Positions 27,605 to 41,890 of a DNA stretch of 64,000 nt are shown here, piece by piece (within the stretch, counting starts at the first letter, position 1; each line of letters starts with the position of its first letter). Origin of the DNA: Lama glama (taxonomy: Eukaryota); assembly GCA_028534125.1 (NCBI GenBank), contig CM052816.1, forward strand, positions 28,274,001 to 28,338,000, given 5' to 3'. The translations under genes and the position numbers were made by a program. The notes under the pieces are model-generated. The model was given only the letters and a program-made list of their open reading frames with translations. It was not told the origin of the DNA and did no database searches.

Positions 27605-28300
27605 ACATTATTATTCATATATTCAGCAGATGTTTAGTGAACATATGACTTATCTACTTAGAATAGAATGAACAAGATAGATATGGGTCTTACCATTATG
27701 GAGTCTATCATGACTGAGACTGAGAGGTGATAATAATCAATAGCCAAAATAATTATATACTATGAAAAGTGAAGGAAATTAACATGACAACTTTGCACAG
27801 AGTAGCCTCCAACATCAAAGCTACGAGGTAAAGGTGGAAGCAGCAAAACTTTGAAGATCTGAAGGCAAAGAATCCCAAGACGGAGGACAGCCTGTGAAAA
27901 GGCATCAAATGGAAATCGTTTAGTGTGTTTAAAGAATTATTAAGAGATCAATTGTTTGAAGTGGGTGACCATAAGCAAGTGGCATGAAATAAGATTGGTG
28001 AGGTAACTGGCAGTAAGTCTCACACTGCTATTTGGAGACAAGACTGGAGGAGGAAATAGTGGAAGCAAAAAGACCAGTAAAGAATCATCATGCCCTTTAC
28101 CTCTAGGGGAAATTATTCCTCAGATGAGAGATGACAGTGGTTTAGAATAGGTTAGTGGCAGAGGATGAAAAGGAGTGATTGGACATGTAAACATGGAGCA
28201 AAGGGAAGACTGACACCACAGTCCATTTGCATATCTGCAGGAATGATCCAACAGAGAGAAAGAGAGAGAAAGAAACCCATGAAGCAAAAACAAGAAGTAA
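27605..28300 (-). mobile_element. L2 fragment
   Basis: Begins 'attcatatattcagcagatgtttagtgaac' (reverse L2 3' end) and has L2 body motifs such as 'cagatgagagatgacagtggtttagaatagg'. Confidence 0.6.
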
Positions 28301-28994
28301 AGATTTAAAGTGCTTTAGAGTTTAAATTATACTTATTTAGCATATTTTTTAAAATAATAAAAACAGGGGGACGTTTTCAGTTATTTAAAGTCATGCAAAA
28401 TTCAAAAGTGGAGTTTAAAACAAACCATAAACTCATCCCATCTTTAACGTTTTAATTTATTGAATCTAAGTATTTGCCATGTGCCAGGCTACAAATGCTA
28501 GATATTGACTTTATATATAGATATCTTGATATCTATGAGCTTATTTTCCTGACACTACTTAGTCATCTTCAGTGAAATATTTAAGATTTTTCCTTTATAT
28601 TTTGTTATATATTAACCAAACAAAGAAAAGAGATGTTCTTAAACTGTACAAAGACTCTTCCTCCTCTTCTTCTTTCCTGATATCTTATATACATCCTCCA
28701 TTTAATCATTCAAGTATCCCTGCAAGGTATGTAATTCATACACAGAAATAATGCTCAGAGAGTTAACTTGACTAATGACACATACAGCACAGAAGAGCCT
28801 GAGTTTAAACCCAAGCCTTGTATGTGCCACTCAAGAGTTAACACTTATCATTTACCCCTTGATTCAGTGGCCAATTAACTAATAATTGTGGTGTTACATC
28901 AACATTCCTTAAAATCACAGCTCATTAATCTTCTTTATTCAATATTGTTTTACAGTAACTCCTAACAAAGAAATGTGACCAGAAAAAAACACTG

Positions 28995-29477
28995 AAGAAA
29001 TTGAAATGCTTATAACTAACTGAAAGAATACAATCTGAAAAGTCTACATACTATGGGACACCAACTCAATAACACAGTGGGAAATGCAACACTATGGAGA
29101 CAGTTAAAATGATCAGTGGCTGCCAAGGGTTAGTGGGGAGGGAAAAATGAAAAAATGGAGCATAGACGATTTTGAGGGCAGTGAAACTACTCTATAATAC
29201 TGTGATTGTGGATACATGTCATTGTTCATTTGTCCAAATCTATAAGATGTACAGCATCAAGAGTGAGCCCTAATGTAAATGATGGCCTTCGGGTGGTAAC
29301 AATGTGTCAATGTGCGTTTGTCAATTGTCCTAAATGGACCACTCAGGTGGGGAATAATGATAATGGGGGAAACTATGCATGTGTGGGGGCTGAGGGTATA
29401 CAGTAAAGCTTTGTACTTTCTGCTCACTTTTGCTGTGAACCTAAAACTTCTCTAAAAAATTCAGTCTATTAAAAAAT
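28995..29477 (+). mobile_element. L1MC-type 3' end
   Basis: 'gagtgagccctaatgtaaat', 'ttttgctgtgaacctaaaacttctctaaaaaat..gtctattaaaaaa'. Confidence 0.85.
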
Positions 29478-30558
29478 GTGATGACAGACCTAGCACAGAG
29501 CTTCTAGAAGTGAACCAAACATTTAAATCTTGATATTTTGGCTCCATATCTGCTACTAGCTGCTAAGTCCCAATACTCCTGAAAACACTACCAATATGAA
29601 CTACCAAAGACACCTACATAGATAAGAAGAAGGCTCCCAACCAACTTCTCAGGAAGATTAGTGAAGGACTGTGACCTGAAAGAGACTCAGCTACAACAAG
29701 CATGTTTGTAATGACTTTTTGTCTCACTGCTGAGAAAGATGATTATGATCTCACTTTTGTTCAGGAGATAAAAAAGACTGCTTGACACACAGACACAAAG
29801 AATATGAGAATGACTATACTTCCCAGGCAGGATATATAGCAGGGAGTATGAGTGAGCTTCAGTTTCTCAACTCAGAGCAGAAGGAATAGATAGAGGACCT
29901 GGGGCTGAGGGTGAAGTGCTATGTGAGGCTGTGAAGAGATACTTCCTTGTTATCCCCTGACATTCAGTAAATTGGGAAGCAAGATAATGGTGCTATTGTT
30001 GTTTGAGTTCTTGGGGAAGCTGAAAAGAGACAAAGAATGGTACCAACTTGTTATTGGGGCAGAGGTTATGAGAAGGTACCAGATATGCACAGGGTGGGAC
30101 ACTGGTTACAGGCTTCGTCTCTCTAAATCTCCAGGGGTCATGAAAGTCTCAAGGGTCCTTGGATTGTATAAAAAGTGGTCCATATACATCATCAGATTAT
30201 CATATCAACATGGATTTAATGGAGGCTGAGGAGAAGTTCAAAGGAAAGTTTGCTCATCCAAATTTTCAGTTCTTTGAAATGTGCTCGAAGAATTTTTGAA
30301 ATTTTTCTCACATGCATTTGTGCAATGAAATTATTGAACATAAATGAATACTGTTCATATGCCTATACATGACATAAATAAATGATTATAAATATACATA
30401 TTTTTTACACATGAAATGCATATTCTTATGTGGGAGATATACACAGAGAACATACAATAAAGTCTCATTTCACAATTAACTGGGTTCCACAATAAGGAGT
30501 CAAAAGCTCTCGGCAAGGAAAGTGCCACATCATAAAACACAGACCTATCCTCTTTTAT

Positions 30559-30660
30559 TATTTATAAAACAATAAAGTTTCCTCTGTTAGGAATAAGTCA
30601 TTATTTCTTTTATTTATAAAACAATAAAGTTTCCTGTTAGGAATAAGTCATTATTTCTTT
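30559..30660. repeat. Direct tandem duplication (52 bp + 50 bp)
   Basis: TATTTATAAAACAATAAAGTTTCC(TC)TGTTAGGAATAAGTCATTATTTCTTT occurs twice, differing only by a 2-bp indel. Confidence 0.95.
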
Positions 30661-31147
30661 GATTCAGGACCACATAAAGTTGGCTGACATCTCTGTACCT
30701 TTAAACCAGAGAACAACATTTACAATGGTGCATTTACAGAAGAAAATTTCAGAACCAAGATTGGCTAGGCGACAGCAGATTCTCAATTCTCATCCCTCCG
30801 CCACATCTGCAGGGGGGGAGGAAGAGAATAATCTGTACTATTTAAGCTATAGTCATTTTTCTTTTTGTGGGGAAAAGTATGAAAACATAGATTCACTTAA
30901 GTTTAATATATATGACAAAACTATATCCCATTAAAGTGCTTATATGTATGGATTTTATCATAACTCAAAGTGTAGGCTATGAAAATCCATAAAGAAATCT
31001 TCTGAAAAATACATAAAAAGGAAAATAAGAAAAAGTTATTTTGCCAGTCACTCCCACAAATAATTATTTTGTGCCAATCCAATACTGCATGCCAAGTGGT
31101 ATGAAAAGTCTTTTCCCTCAAGAAGTGTTTTTGATGTGAGAACAAAT

Positions 31148-31212
31148 TGAGAGAGAGGGAGGGAAGGAGGGAGGGAAGGGGAGGGAGGCAGGGGAGAGGA
31201 AGAGAGAGAAGC
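31148..31212. repeat. G/A-rich low-complexity tract
   Basis: gagagagggagggaaggagggagggaaggggagggaggcaggggagagga. Confidence 0.85.
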
Positions 31213-32450
31213 TAACTAAAGGAGAGAAGCTCTATTTTATAATTAAAAGAATATGCCTTAGCTTTGTTCTTATATTTATAAATTACACTTGATTTTTAAA
31301 ATCATAGAACTGTTATTAATTCAGTAAACCTAGAAATTCTGTAGGTTCATTAGGCAGTGATAGAAATGAATCAGAACAAAGAACCATATTAGAAAATGGA
31401 AAACACTAGCAGTTTAATTGAGTTAAATAGAGGGTTAAGCAGAGTTAGACTGAGCTTGCCTGAATCCAGAACTGATAAACGAAGTTCCTGCTCAAAATGC
31501 GTCTGTTGACTGTCTGCTCTATCCATGCAGCCTTGTACATTAGAAATATCTATCTTTGAAATCAAACTACAGGAACAAAAACTTTATTCCCTAATCAGAA
31601 AAGAGAACAAAAAAACCCAAAACTCCAATTTGGGAGAGCTCTCTGAAATCGAATGCATTTCATTTCCCCTCCCTGCAGGCCCACTGAGCAATTCCCCCAC
31701 GCAAAAGCTGACGTTCCCGTGGCAGCCAGTCACATTATAAGCCTGTGTAAATTCTCCTAAGGGCAGAAGAATGGTTATGAGATGACTGCTGAGTCATGCC
31801 TATGTTCATCTTAGGGAGATGCAGAGACAAGTGCCTTGGCCAGTAACTCTGTAAGTTGCTGGTTCCATTTCAGTAATTCCACAGACGTCAAATCCATCTC
31901 GTTTCTTGTGGAGACTATCAGAGGATAAGGGAAAACGCTCACACAGCAGGTATGTGCAAACACACATACAACCTCAGTGTTAGCTGGGGCATTTCCAGAC
32001 CTCAAAAGCAAGGTAAGATTCTGGTGAAACCCTGTGCAGAAAAATTTAAGTTTCATCTAATTTCTGCTAAGCCCTAAGAATTAGACCTATTTCCAACTTC
32101 TACAGTTTCACATGTGTTTCTCTTTCACATCATGGTTTTCCATTCATCTCATCCTAAATATGGGTGTCTGCAAAGTTCTCGAAAAGGAAAAAATAAATTT
32201 TAGTAAACTTTACTGTAAATAAAAAACTATAGAGAAAATGGGCCTACAGTCACCTGCCCTCTAAATACACAGACTCCTCCCTCATCTCTCTCTTCCCTAG
32301 ACCCTCCTCCTACTCAGAATTCAAAACAAAAATCCTTATCACCTAGAGAGTAGAGCATGCCCTTCTCCATAAAAGCTGGTATTGTCTGGCATTCAGGCTC
32401 ACAATGACTCAAATTCTATCTTAAAGGAACTTACCAAGAAATCACTCTTG

Positions 32451-32711
32451 GTGGGTGGGAAGGGACAGACTGGGATTTCAAAATCTGTAGGTACTGACAG
32501 GCATATGCAGAATAGATAAACAAGATTAAACTGTATAACACAGGGAAATATATACATCTTGTGGTAGCTCACAGCAAAAAAAAACTGTGACAATGAATAT
32601 ATATATGTTCATGTATAACTGAAAAATTGTGCTCTACACTGGAATTTGACACAACATTGTAAAATGACTGTAACTCAATTAAAAAATGTAAAAAAATAAA
32701 AATTAAAAAAA
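32451..32711 (+). mobile_element. Short 5'-truncated young lineage L1 3' end
   Basis: 'gtgggtgggaagggacagactgggatttcaaaat...aaaattgtgctctacactggaatttgacacaacattgtaaaatg' plus A-tail. Partial TSD CACTCTTG on both sides. Confidence 0.9.
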
Positions 32712-35700
32712 GCCCCACTCTTGAATAAATAGTATACACTGTGGGACTCATACTGTTGAATGTTCTCTTCTAAGTTGAATGTTCTCTGCTTTATTATCCG
32801 TAATATACATAGATGTCAAAGTTACATGTACTGGGTACAAGTGTGAAAATATCTTCATGTATGACAAGTATCAGGGACTTTTTGGAAAACCAACTGATCT
32901 CACAAGGGGCTGAGCAGAGTAAAGAAAGCAGTTTAAACCATGATCCGTACCTCTACTCAGCTTACTGACTTGGAGTGACAAAACTGGCTTCAACTTGGGT
33001 GGACTTCTCTTCTCACTATATTCATTCCATTTTGAAGCTAAATCTACTCAGCCTTTTATTTCCAGAAATATTGCAGACCAAATCATCTGAGAACATTTTC
33101 TCTGGACAACACCTATTTATAAATATTGTTAGCTCATGGCTGAGCACACAATATTAAAGAAAAACCTGTAATCGCTATGATACTCACTCTCTTTGACATT
33201 CAAGTGTTTATAAAATTGGTTCCAATTTGTCTCTTAGCAATGACCAATCCAACAAAATGAGTGTCATGTGGGAGGGTGATCACCACTACTTTGGAATCAT
33301 GTCTTCATAAAAGCTTTCTAGCATAACACTACTGGCCTCTCTATGCCCTATTCCTAGACTCTGCTCCCAGTTGGTAAGTTTAGAAGAAGGAAATGAGTAG
33401 ACCCTGAATCAACAAAGAGCCCTGGGTAATCTCTGCTTCTCCTCTGAGAGGCCTTTCCAGTTTTGTCTCCTGTGTGATTGGTACAAGTAGCCTGCCTCAG
33501 AAGAGAAGATTTGAAATTATCCAGTTATGCAATTGTTTGAATATATTTAGGAGAGAGGTAAAGCATTAGGAAGCCAGCTGTTACTGCCCATCTGAAACTA
33601 CATTCTCCACTTGGCTTTATATGTATAAAGTGATTAATGTTACACCACTCTCCGTTCCCTTCTTCCTCTCTCTCCTGTCTTATTTATTGATTTGTTCTCA
33701 ACTCTGGGAATCAGGGTAGACTATGAAGGCAAGAGTTATTGGTCTCCCCAAAATGCCAGCATGATATAATGCAGATTCATGAAAAACAATTTACTGTGAC
33801 TGTCATCACAGAGATGATGGTGGGTTCTAAGTACTCTAGAATTTCTCAGGTCTACAGGTTCAGTAAAACTTGTTTCATTTACAGCTTCATATGATCTCCA
33901 ATCACAAACTACTCCTCTAGTGGATATTTGCCATATTTAGTCATTCAGGGTATTTACAAGATCCATTTTGTGTTTAGGGAATTCCCTAAATTCTAAGCCA
34001 TAGGGTTAGCAGGCTCTTTGGTGAACCAACACCATCACCCTCTAAGCCTGGTTCTTTAACTCTCCTGAAATGCTGTAACTTTTACAATACCCTTTAATTA
34101 ATTTTTTTCTGCTTCAACTATAGTGGATTCTGTTAAATACAGTGAAGAACCTGAACAAATCCTCTCAACTTTTCCCAGGTAGAGTCAATCAGAACTACCC
34201 TATCCCTGTCAGCTAGAGCTGTCTTCATTAACCTGTGGCCTTGCCCCTTCTGATATCATTACATTCAAAAGAGAAACCTTTAACTAAAATTCAATATACA
34301 TTAGATGTTATTTCTACTTTTCAAGTCTTAGAAGAATTTCCCGTTCTCTCCAAAAAGTTCAGCTAAATACACTAACTCCTCAAGTTTGTTTCTTATTTTA
34401 ACTCTGAAAACAGAAGCTGCCTATACAATGCAACTGCTCTTGCTGGATATAAATTACTTTTCCAAGAGAGCAGAGGCAGCAGATCTTTATTGAGTATGCA
34501 CTATGGGTTATATACCCTGAGATACATGCTTTTTGTACCTCTGTACATTTATGTACTTTCTGCCCTTTGACTTTCCCATTTTAACTCCAGAAAGAACTTG
34601 AGTTCTCTATTTTTATTTTACATATGAAGAAAGCATGGCTTACAGAAAGTATTTAACTTTCTGACAGTCACACAGCCAGGACTCGCACACAAGTCTATGT
34701 GATTTCAGCTATTTTCTCCTACTATGCTGTGAAATACAGATCTCATTTTTAGATCCATCTTATAAATGTTGAGTACTATGTCAAGTATGTTATATTTCAG
34801 GCAAAAGCCTCAGCAAGGAAGTTCCCATGGAAACGCAGGATACCAGAAAAGGAAAAAACTAAAGCTTGAATGAGCTCACACATTTGAATAGGATAGGCCT
34901 GGTTGGTAGGTCCTTAGCAGCCAGCTTCTAGATGTACTACTTAACACATAGCAGCCTCATTCACACACAGCGAAAACTGGTTTACATTATTCTAATGATG
35001 GCCACTAGAGCAATTTTTTCAGTGGCTAGCTGTGAGAAACCAGTATTAGGGCCAGCCATTCATAAGCCCTAAATGGACCATGAGGTTACTCTTCTTATTC
35101 ATTTAACTCTTATTAGGTATTGAGGACAAAGGGAAAAACTGATGTTTGGGTTTCAACCCATCAGTAACAGAGATGAGCTATTGAGTCCTGAGATCATAGC
35201 AGGACAAAACTTTTTTAAATGAGGGGAGATCTAAAGATTCAGAGTAGAAAATAAGTTGTAACCTAGAGGTAGGATCTTCAGCACAACATAGAGAAGAACT
35301 GGGGATGATAGAATGAACACTTGTAGCACAAAGATGTGGCTCAGTCGTCACCATGAACACCAGATTCTACAGCTAGATACAGAGCTAATGGGAATTTTGA
35401 TAATGACCCCTTAGTTCCATGTTCTGATTTTAACAGAAAATTCCAGAGTCTCAGATTCAAGAAGAGGACATATAGTTCTTTACAGTGTGCTTCATAACTT
35501 TCCAATAAACTCACTATAAAGACATGGTGCTGAATAATTTACTGTTCAATTCTGCGTCCAACTCTTGGTGTATCTCCTGTGGCCAAGGTTGTTCTTAAAC
35601 CATGTATAGTGATATTACCTTATCAAACTACTGAATCTGGTCTTTTTTCTTGGTTGGGGAGAGTGAACATTTGATTTTAAATCTTGTGAAAATAGGTTTC

Positions 35701-36260
35701 ATATTTGGATGGGCAACTGTCATCAGCATAACAATTAGTTGCCATTAGAAGAGTAATCTTTTTGAAGATAATCTTTGTGCTTTTTAAAATAAACGTAGAT
35801 CCACTATATTGCTATTGTGTGTGCAACCTGAGAAGACTGTAGAGCTCCTTATGGATAATAGGATTCATTTAATGGATTTTCACATACTTTTAGATTTTCT
35901 AAGTATCTATCAAATTTCCACACAGGAAAAGATACAGGTGTCAAAATCTGGGAGTTAAAATGAATGCTCAATCATCATCATCAAATGGTTGACATTTTTC
36001 TAAATTTATTATCATCCCATCCCCAGTATTACTGTGTATATAGACCACTCCCAATCACTGATTTTATATTGTTTCCTTCTTTCCCTACTCCTTTCTACAA
36101 TGTAGTGACTTCTGTAAAAATTAACAAAAATCCCAAATCTAAGATATGTATGTGCCTCTCCTCAGTACATAAAATACTCCAGTTTAAAACTGTATTGAGT
36201 TATGAAAAGTAGTAAAAACAGTAATAAATTCAAGAATAAACACAGAGAAATTATTTAGAT

Positions 36261-36482
36261 CAGGGATCAGCAAACTGTGTTTATAGAGGGGGTTCAGAAA
36301 AATGAACATACTAGGTTTTGAAGGCCATACAGTCCCCGTCACAACTACTCAACTTTGTTTCCATAGCACAAAAGTAGCCATAAACAATATACAAATGAAT
36401 GTGGCCATGTTCCAATAAAACTTTATTTACAAAAAAGTCAGTGAACAGATTTAGTCCGTGGGCCGTAGTTGGCTGACTTCTG
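36261..36482 (+). mobile_element. MER58A-like hAT-Charlie MITE, complete
   Basis: Termini CAGGGATCAGCAAAC...GTTGGCTGACTTCTG, with 8-bp TSD ATTTAGAT (36253-36260) / ATTTAGAC (36483-36490). Confidence 0.9.
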
Positions 36483-39210
36483 ATTTAGACACCGTCTGCA
36501 AGAACACTGTAGTTTATTTAACTCTAATAATTAAAATTACAGGAAGCTTCTGACTAGGGATTTATTGGAATCAAAAGTGCCAATTATTCCACATTTCAAA
36601 ACAACCAAATATAATTGAGCCAGACACAATCCCTGAGGGTATAATGAGGCTCAATAAACTCTGATCTACTACGGTTATCCACACCTTCCTCTCCCACAGT
36701 TCACCACCACCACTTTACACTCCACTCCTTGATGAACTTAAAGGAATGGAATAAAAGGACAAGGGATATAATACAAACATACAAGCTTTCCACTTTATAG
36801 TAATTAAATGTCAGCGGTGAGAAAAAGTGTCCCTCTGGGTGAGGAATCATTCCCCCTGCACTCAAGTTTCATGGTAGAAAGATCTAGATCAATCCCTCAC
36901 AACGATTTGTGATACTAAGCAATAAGGAAGATAATCACTTCACCCCTGGCTGGGTAACTCATGAGCTGTAGAATCCTGAATTTCAGCTTGTGCCACAATT
37001 AGAATTAAGTTGATCATAGGGAGGCAGTTCTTAAGTACACCTGACATAATAACATTTGCAATTTGAGGCAGCACATAAACACTGAGCTCAGTATTCACTT
37101 CTAGTCTATGAGTTTCTAGGACTTGAAACTTCTTGGAAATGCCTGGGTCAAAAAAAAAAAAAAAAAGAACAAAGGAACTAGCTTATTCTTGTGGAAACGT
37201 ACAATCCTCCTCCCCATGTCAATCCTACTTACTGGAAGCCTTCCCTCAATACCTGCAGAAGAGGAACTTCGTATTTCCTGTAAAAGGGCCACAGACATCA
37301 GAAGAGGTGGCAAGCACTAGAAAATACCCAAGGCCATCAAGTCAGCTGAATAGATAATTTATCCAATGACTTGGAGATATGTACTAGTGGTGAAACTGAA
37401 GGAGAATCAACCAACCGTTTCTGAAAAGTTCCTCAGTAATGAAAGGGAACTGTATGAAACTGAACACTACTACCTAAGAACCTTGCCAACTTCCCATACA
37501 AAAGCAATCACTTTGGCGGAGGTAAAATCCACCAACAAAAGATGATTTCTGACAAATGGACATTTCCCCATGATCAATACAAACTTGCTTATAATAAAAA
37601 CAATTTTCTCTCACATAAGTAAAACTCTGAATCCAATACTAGCTGAAAAATATTAGAGATGTGTTTATCATAGGTGTCCATGCTTTCCTTCTTTACTCCA
37701 AGTAGAGATACAACTCAAAGACTATGATCAATACAATTCAAGACTGTGATCAGGGAGAGAAGGAAAATTAACTTAAATTCAATTTGATATTCAAATTTCA
37801 AACTGAGTTAGACTTTTATTAATTAAAGAAGAAATGGAAATTTCTGTTAAGGGACATAAAAGGATATATTTTGTATGTCATACCTGGAAACAAAAAAATT
37901 AAAATCTTTTATATTTATTACTAATAGCTCAACTCAGAATAGAACTCACAGAATGACGATCAGTACACTCAGAATATTCAAACAAGTTATAAGATGATTT
38001 CCAGAATACTTGTTTCCAAATAGGAAGAATTCCAGCTATACTGAAAATTAATATATATATATGAGACATATATATATATCTAGTCCACCAACCCATGACA
38101 TTGATCCCAATTATGTCTACTGCTTTAGTTATTCCTTCAAGGAAGGAATAAAATTACAAATGTATTTCTGTTCTTTCTGACCACGTATTATCAATTCTAG
38201 AACATTCAGGAGAAAATTCCCCCCAAAATATTTCACTTAATTATGTCACCTACAACCCAAGTAAGAGTCAAGGAGCTGTCTCTGAGATCTGGACAAGGTT
38301 GAAGTAGCACTGCATTCTCAAACTATAAAAGTAACTTATTCTGTGACTATATAACGGAGGCAGCATTACCATCATGAACCAGGGTGATGAGTATACCACA
38401 GACACTGGTTATTCACTATGTGCTAGTTCACAATGAGGTTCCTTCAGTTACTATGGGATCAGTTACTCAATACCAGGGCAGTAAAGGAACCAGACCTCTT
38501 AAATATCGTGTGAGTTTAAAGTACCATGTCTCATAAAATCCTTTAACCACACAGTTCTGCTTTTCATTACAATGTTAATTTCAAACACTGCAATTTATTG
38601 CCCTTAGAACATGACATAAAAATTATATATTGTACCTAGCAAAGAAATGAAAGATTTTATAACACAATTTTATTCTTTATATTAATCAAGGGAACAATTT
38701 TAACATCAAGTATTCTCCTGAAGGCATCTGGGATAAAAAAAAACAACAATGCTTTGTTAAAGACTGAGAGGTACATAAAAGCAAAAATCCGGTCTTACTT
38801 TTCAACATAACTCAATATTGTATGAATCTACAACAAGGATGAATAGTCTAGAGGTCTTCGCAAAGATGTAAGACTCGGTTCTAAGGTATAAGTAAAGAAA
38901 AATAATATATTGAGTTATCTGATAGATCACCATCATTTGGATACTTAGAGATAAAAGCATACAACTTTAGCTACAAATGTAGGCATCATGTGATACAAAA
39001 ACATTGTGATGATAATATATGGCTATAAGCATGAAGCTTTCAGTTAAATGTGATGGGTTAGGTTATGTTATTGCTGTTTCTACAACCCCACTAAAACAGT
39101 ATTTATTTAAAAGATATAAAGCCACATGGACAAAACAACAGGCAATAAACTGACAAGATGACAGCAGATTAAAGATATCAGATTGAAAATGATAGCAGAA
39201 TACAGCACTC

Positions 39211-39654
39211 TGTTGTACTAGTTTGACCAGCTAGTTAATGCTAACCATGTGATTTGCAATAAACACCTATTTTTCTTTGAGGTGCTGGAGTCTGAGTAGC
39301 AGAGTAGCTGCATATATAAGTCATATGCAATGCCTGACTGTCTGACCACTAATAAAAAATCCTGGGCACTAACGCTCAGGTGAGCTTTCCTGGTTGGCAA
39401 CACTTCTCACATGTTGTCACATGTCATTGACGGGACATACATCATTCTCATGGGATGATTAAGTGCATCCTGTGAGACTCCACTTGAAGGATACCTAGCA
39501 ACTGATGTCTGGTTTCTCCCAGACCTTCCCCCATGTGCTGATTTTCATCTGTTTCCTTTTACTGTCCTAAACTGTTAAGTATAGGAGCTTCTGAATCCTG
39601 GGAGTCCGTCTAGTGAATCCTTTAGTCTGAGGATGGTCTTGGGGACCCCTGACA
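39211..39654 (+). mobile_element. MER21/MER77-like LTR
   Basis: 'ctcaggtgagctttcctggttggcaacactt..cacatgttgtcacat' and the 3' end 'ggtcttggggacccctgaca' are typical of the MER21 group. Confidence 0.75.
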
Positions 39655-41474
39655 CTTGTGATATAAGAAATTATCCTCAATTATAAAACTTTGGCTGTAC
39701 TTCAGTGTGTGTTCAACTCCAGAAAACTAGGTTAATATGACTTCTTTATTCTGTTAAAGTTGCCAGCTATTGTTCCTCTTTCTGACTATACATTTCTTTT
39801 AACTTTAGATATATTTTGCTGTTGTCTTACATACTAATACCCTATTTGGAATCTAAAGTGCTGTCTTTAGAGTTGAAATTATCTATGAGCTACATCTGCT
39901 ATTCTGATGTCCCCTAAGTAGATCCATTACGTCACCAATCTTCCCGGTAAAATTTAATCCCAAGTTTTGCTATGAGCCACGATAAGTAATATGTACCATA
40001 TGGGAAAACAAGCCTTCTAGCTATGTTTCAGCAGAATCTCATTTTTGCTGCAAGTAAGGTAAAACTGGTAGCAATCAGTCCCAGGAACAAATACACATTT
40101 CCTGTATCTCACTCATCATGCTGTTTAGAAGACTGACCAAAATGAGGTATATGAGAAGGGCTTTGTAAACTCAATAATAATGCTAGTGATTATCAATGCA
40201 ATGTGTTTCTAGATTAGAGCAGTCTGCATCTTACTCAGTTGGCCTATTTCACTCACGTCTGACTCCCTTTTTAGCTCCATAATGAAGCTAGGATCATCTG
40301 AGATTTGTGTCTCAACAAGGTTCCAGTGACAAGGGAGACTTTTCAGAGTAATATCCTGCTTAACAAGGTAGCATAGGATCTGTGACGAGGTTTCCCTGAG
40401 TCAGAGCCAATAAATTCCTCCTGAGCAGTGAGTTATCAGATAGGTAATGTAGCCCATGCTCCTAAAGGAATGTCTAATTTTAAGAGTAATTAGATCATAT
40501 TCTTTCTGACTAACGAGCCTCTGTTTTCAAGGTTGAGCATGAAGTGTGTGGAGACTAAATTTTTGTGTGTAAACAAAGCTGTATCTGCTGCGATCATTAA
40601 CTGAACACCCTGCTCTAATACATAATTGATGGCTTATTTTTTTCATCTTTGAATGGTCGTTTCTCCCAAGCATGCCCTGCCCCTTGCTGTGTTGTCTGGT
40701 CCTTTGACATCTTGTTCCAGTAACAAGAAGCAAAACTGCAGGGAGAGTATCCAATCTTTCCTTCCTGCTGGGCTTTCAAAGTCAGGATCTATGAAAACGT
40801 ATGTTACATGGAGTAGAACATGATCATCCCCTGTGAAATGCATGGCTTGAAAATAAATCTCTAAATAAAATAAATGTTTTGCTTTCCTAGAGAAAAATAA
40901 TAAATTCGAAATTGGAAAGGAAAAAGATTCTTTGTTCACTACAAATCACCTACTTCTTTTTTTCTTCACCCAATGTCTTGCATATAGAAGCTTCTTAGAA
41001 TTAAGGAGAGTAGAATTTAGCCCACCTTCCTCAGTAGGGAAATAGGAGAGTACTCCTTATAATCACAGAGAAGAAAGTGCTGGCAAGGCTGAAACAGAGC
41101 AACAGAGAGCATTTGTTTGATCTTCTTATATTTTCTTCTTTCCACTTCCTCTCCTTTTTCATTTGCATCCCAGAGGACTTACTAAAAAAAATGAAGATAT
41201 TATTGTGGGACACACAGAGACTATAATCAATGCAGATTCAGTGAAGAAATACAATCATGGATTGTTTACATCACCAAAGACTATCTGATTACCATGAAGA
41301 GGAGCTAAGAAAAGCAAAACAAAATCAAGTTTTTTCAAATGGATTATACACAAGCGAAACTCCAGTGCTAAAAAAAAGTTTACTGATTTTATTATCCTGC
41401 GCCAATCCTCTGTAATAAATGTAACAGCTATTTTCCTTCCAGAACAAACTCCATGTTTTAATTTGCATCACATT

Positions 41475-41890
41475 TCTTCATTCAACAACAATATATTGTA
41501 TTGTGTCTACTATGTGCCAGGCACTCTTCTAGGCACCAAGGATACAGCATTTTACAAAACAGACAAAATTCTGTCATGGTACAATCTGTGTTCTAAGGGA
41601 AAAGACTACCTAACACACCAAAGGAATAAACACATTAGATAGTATACCTGAAAGTAACAAGTGCTTTGCAGGGAAAGAAAGCAGGCTTATGTGCTGGAGA
41701 AAGCAAAGGAAGAGTAACAAGTCCTCAAGTAAGAGAAGGAAGGAAGCTGAGCTCATGGTGGGCTTTGCAAGGAATCATCATGACTCCGGCTTTTCATATG
41801 AATGAAAGGAGACAGCCATGGGGCTGTTAAACAGAGCAGTTAACATTATCTCAACTAAGACTTTTTGGAAGATCACTGTGACATGCAATC
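41475..41890 (-). mobile_element. L2a fragment
   Basis: 'ttcattcaaca...tctactatgtgccaggcactcttctaggcaccaaggatacagca' and 'ttttggaagatcactgtg'. Confidence 0.75.

Noticed and set aside
30559..30660. CRISPR-like array
   Set aside because: Only two adjacent copies with no spacers, in a mammalian context.
31811..31930. Minus-strand acceptor followed by a protein-like frame (MDLTSVELLKWNQQLTELLAKAL)
   Set aside because: No convincing donor site, no recognisable homology, and two frames are equally open.
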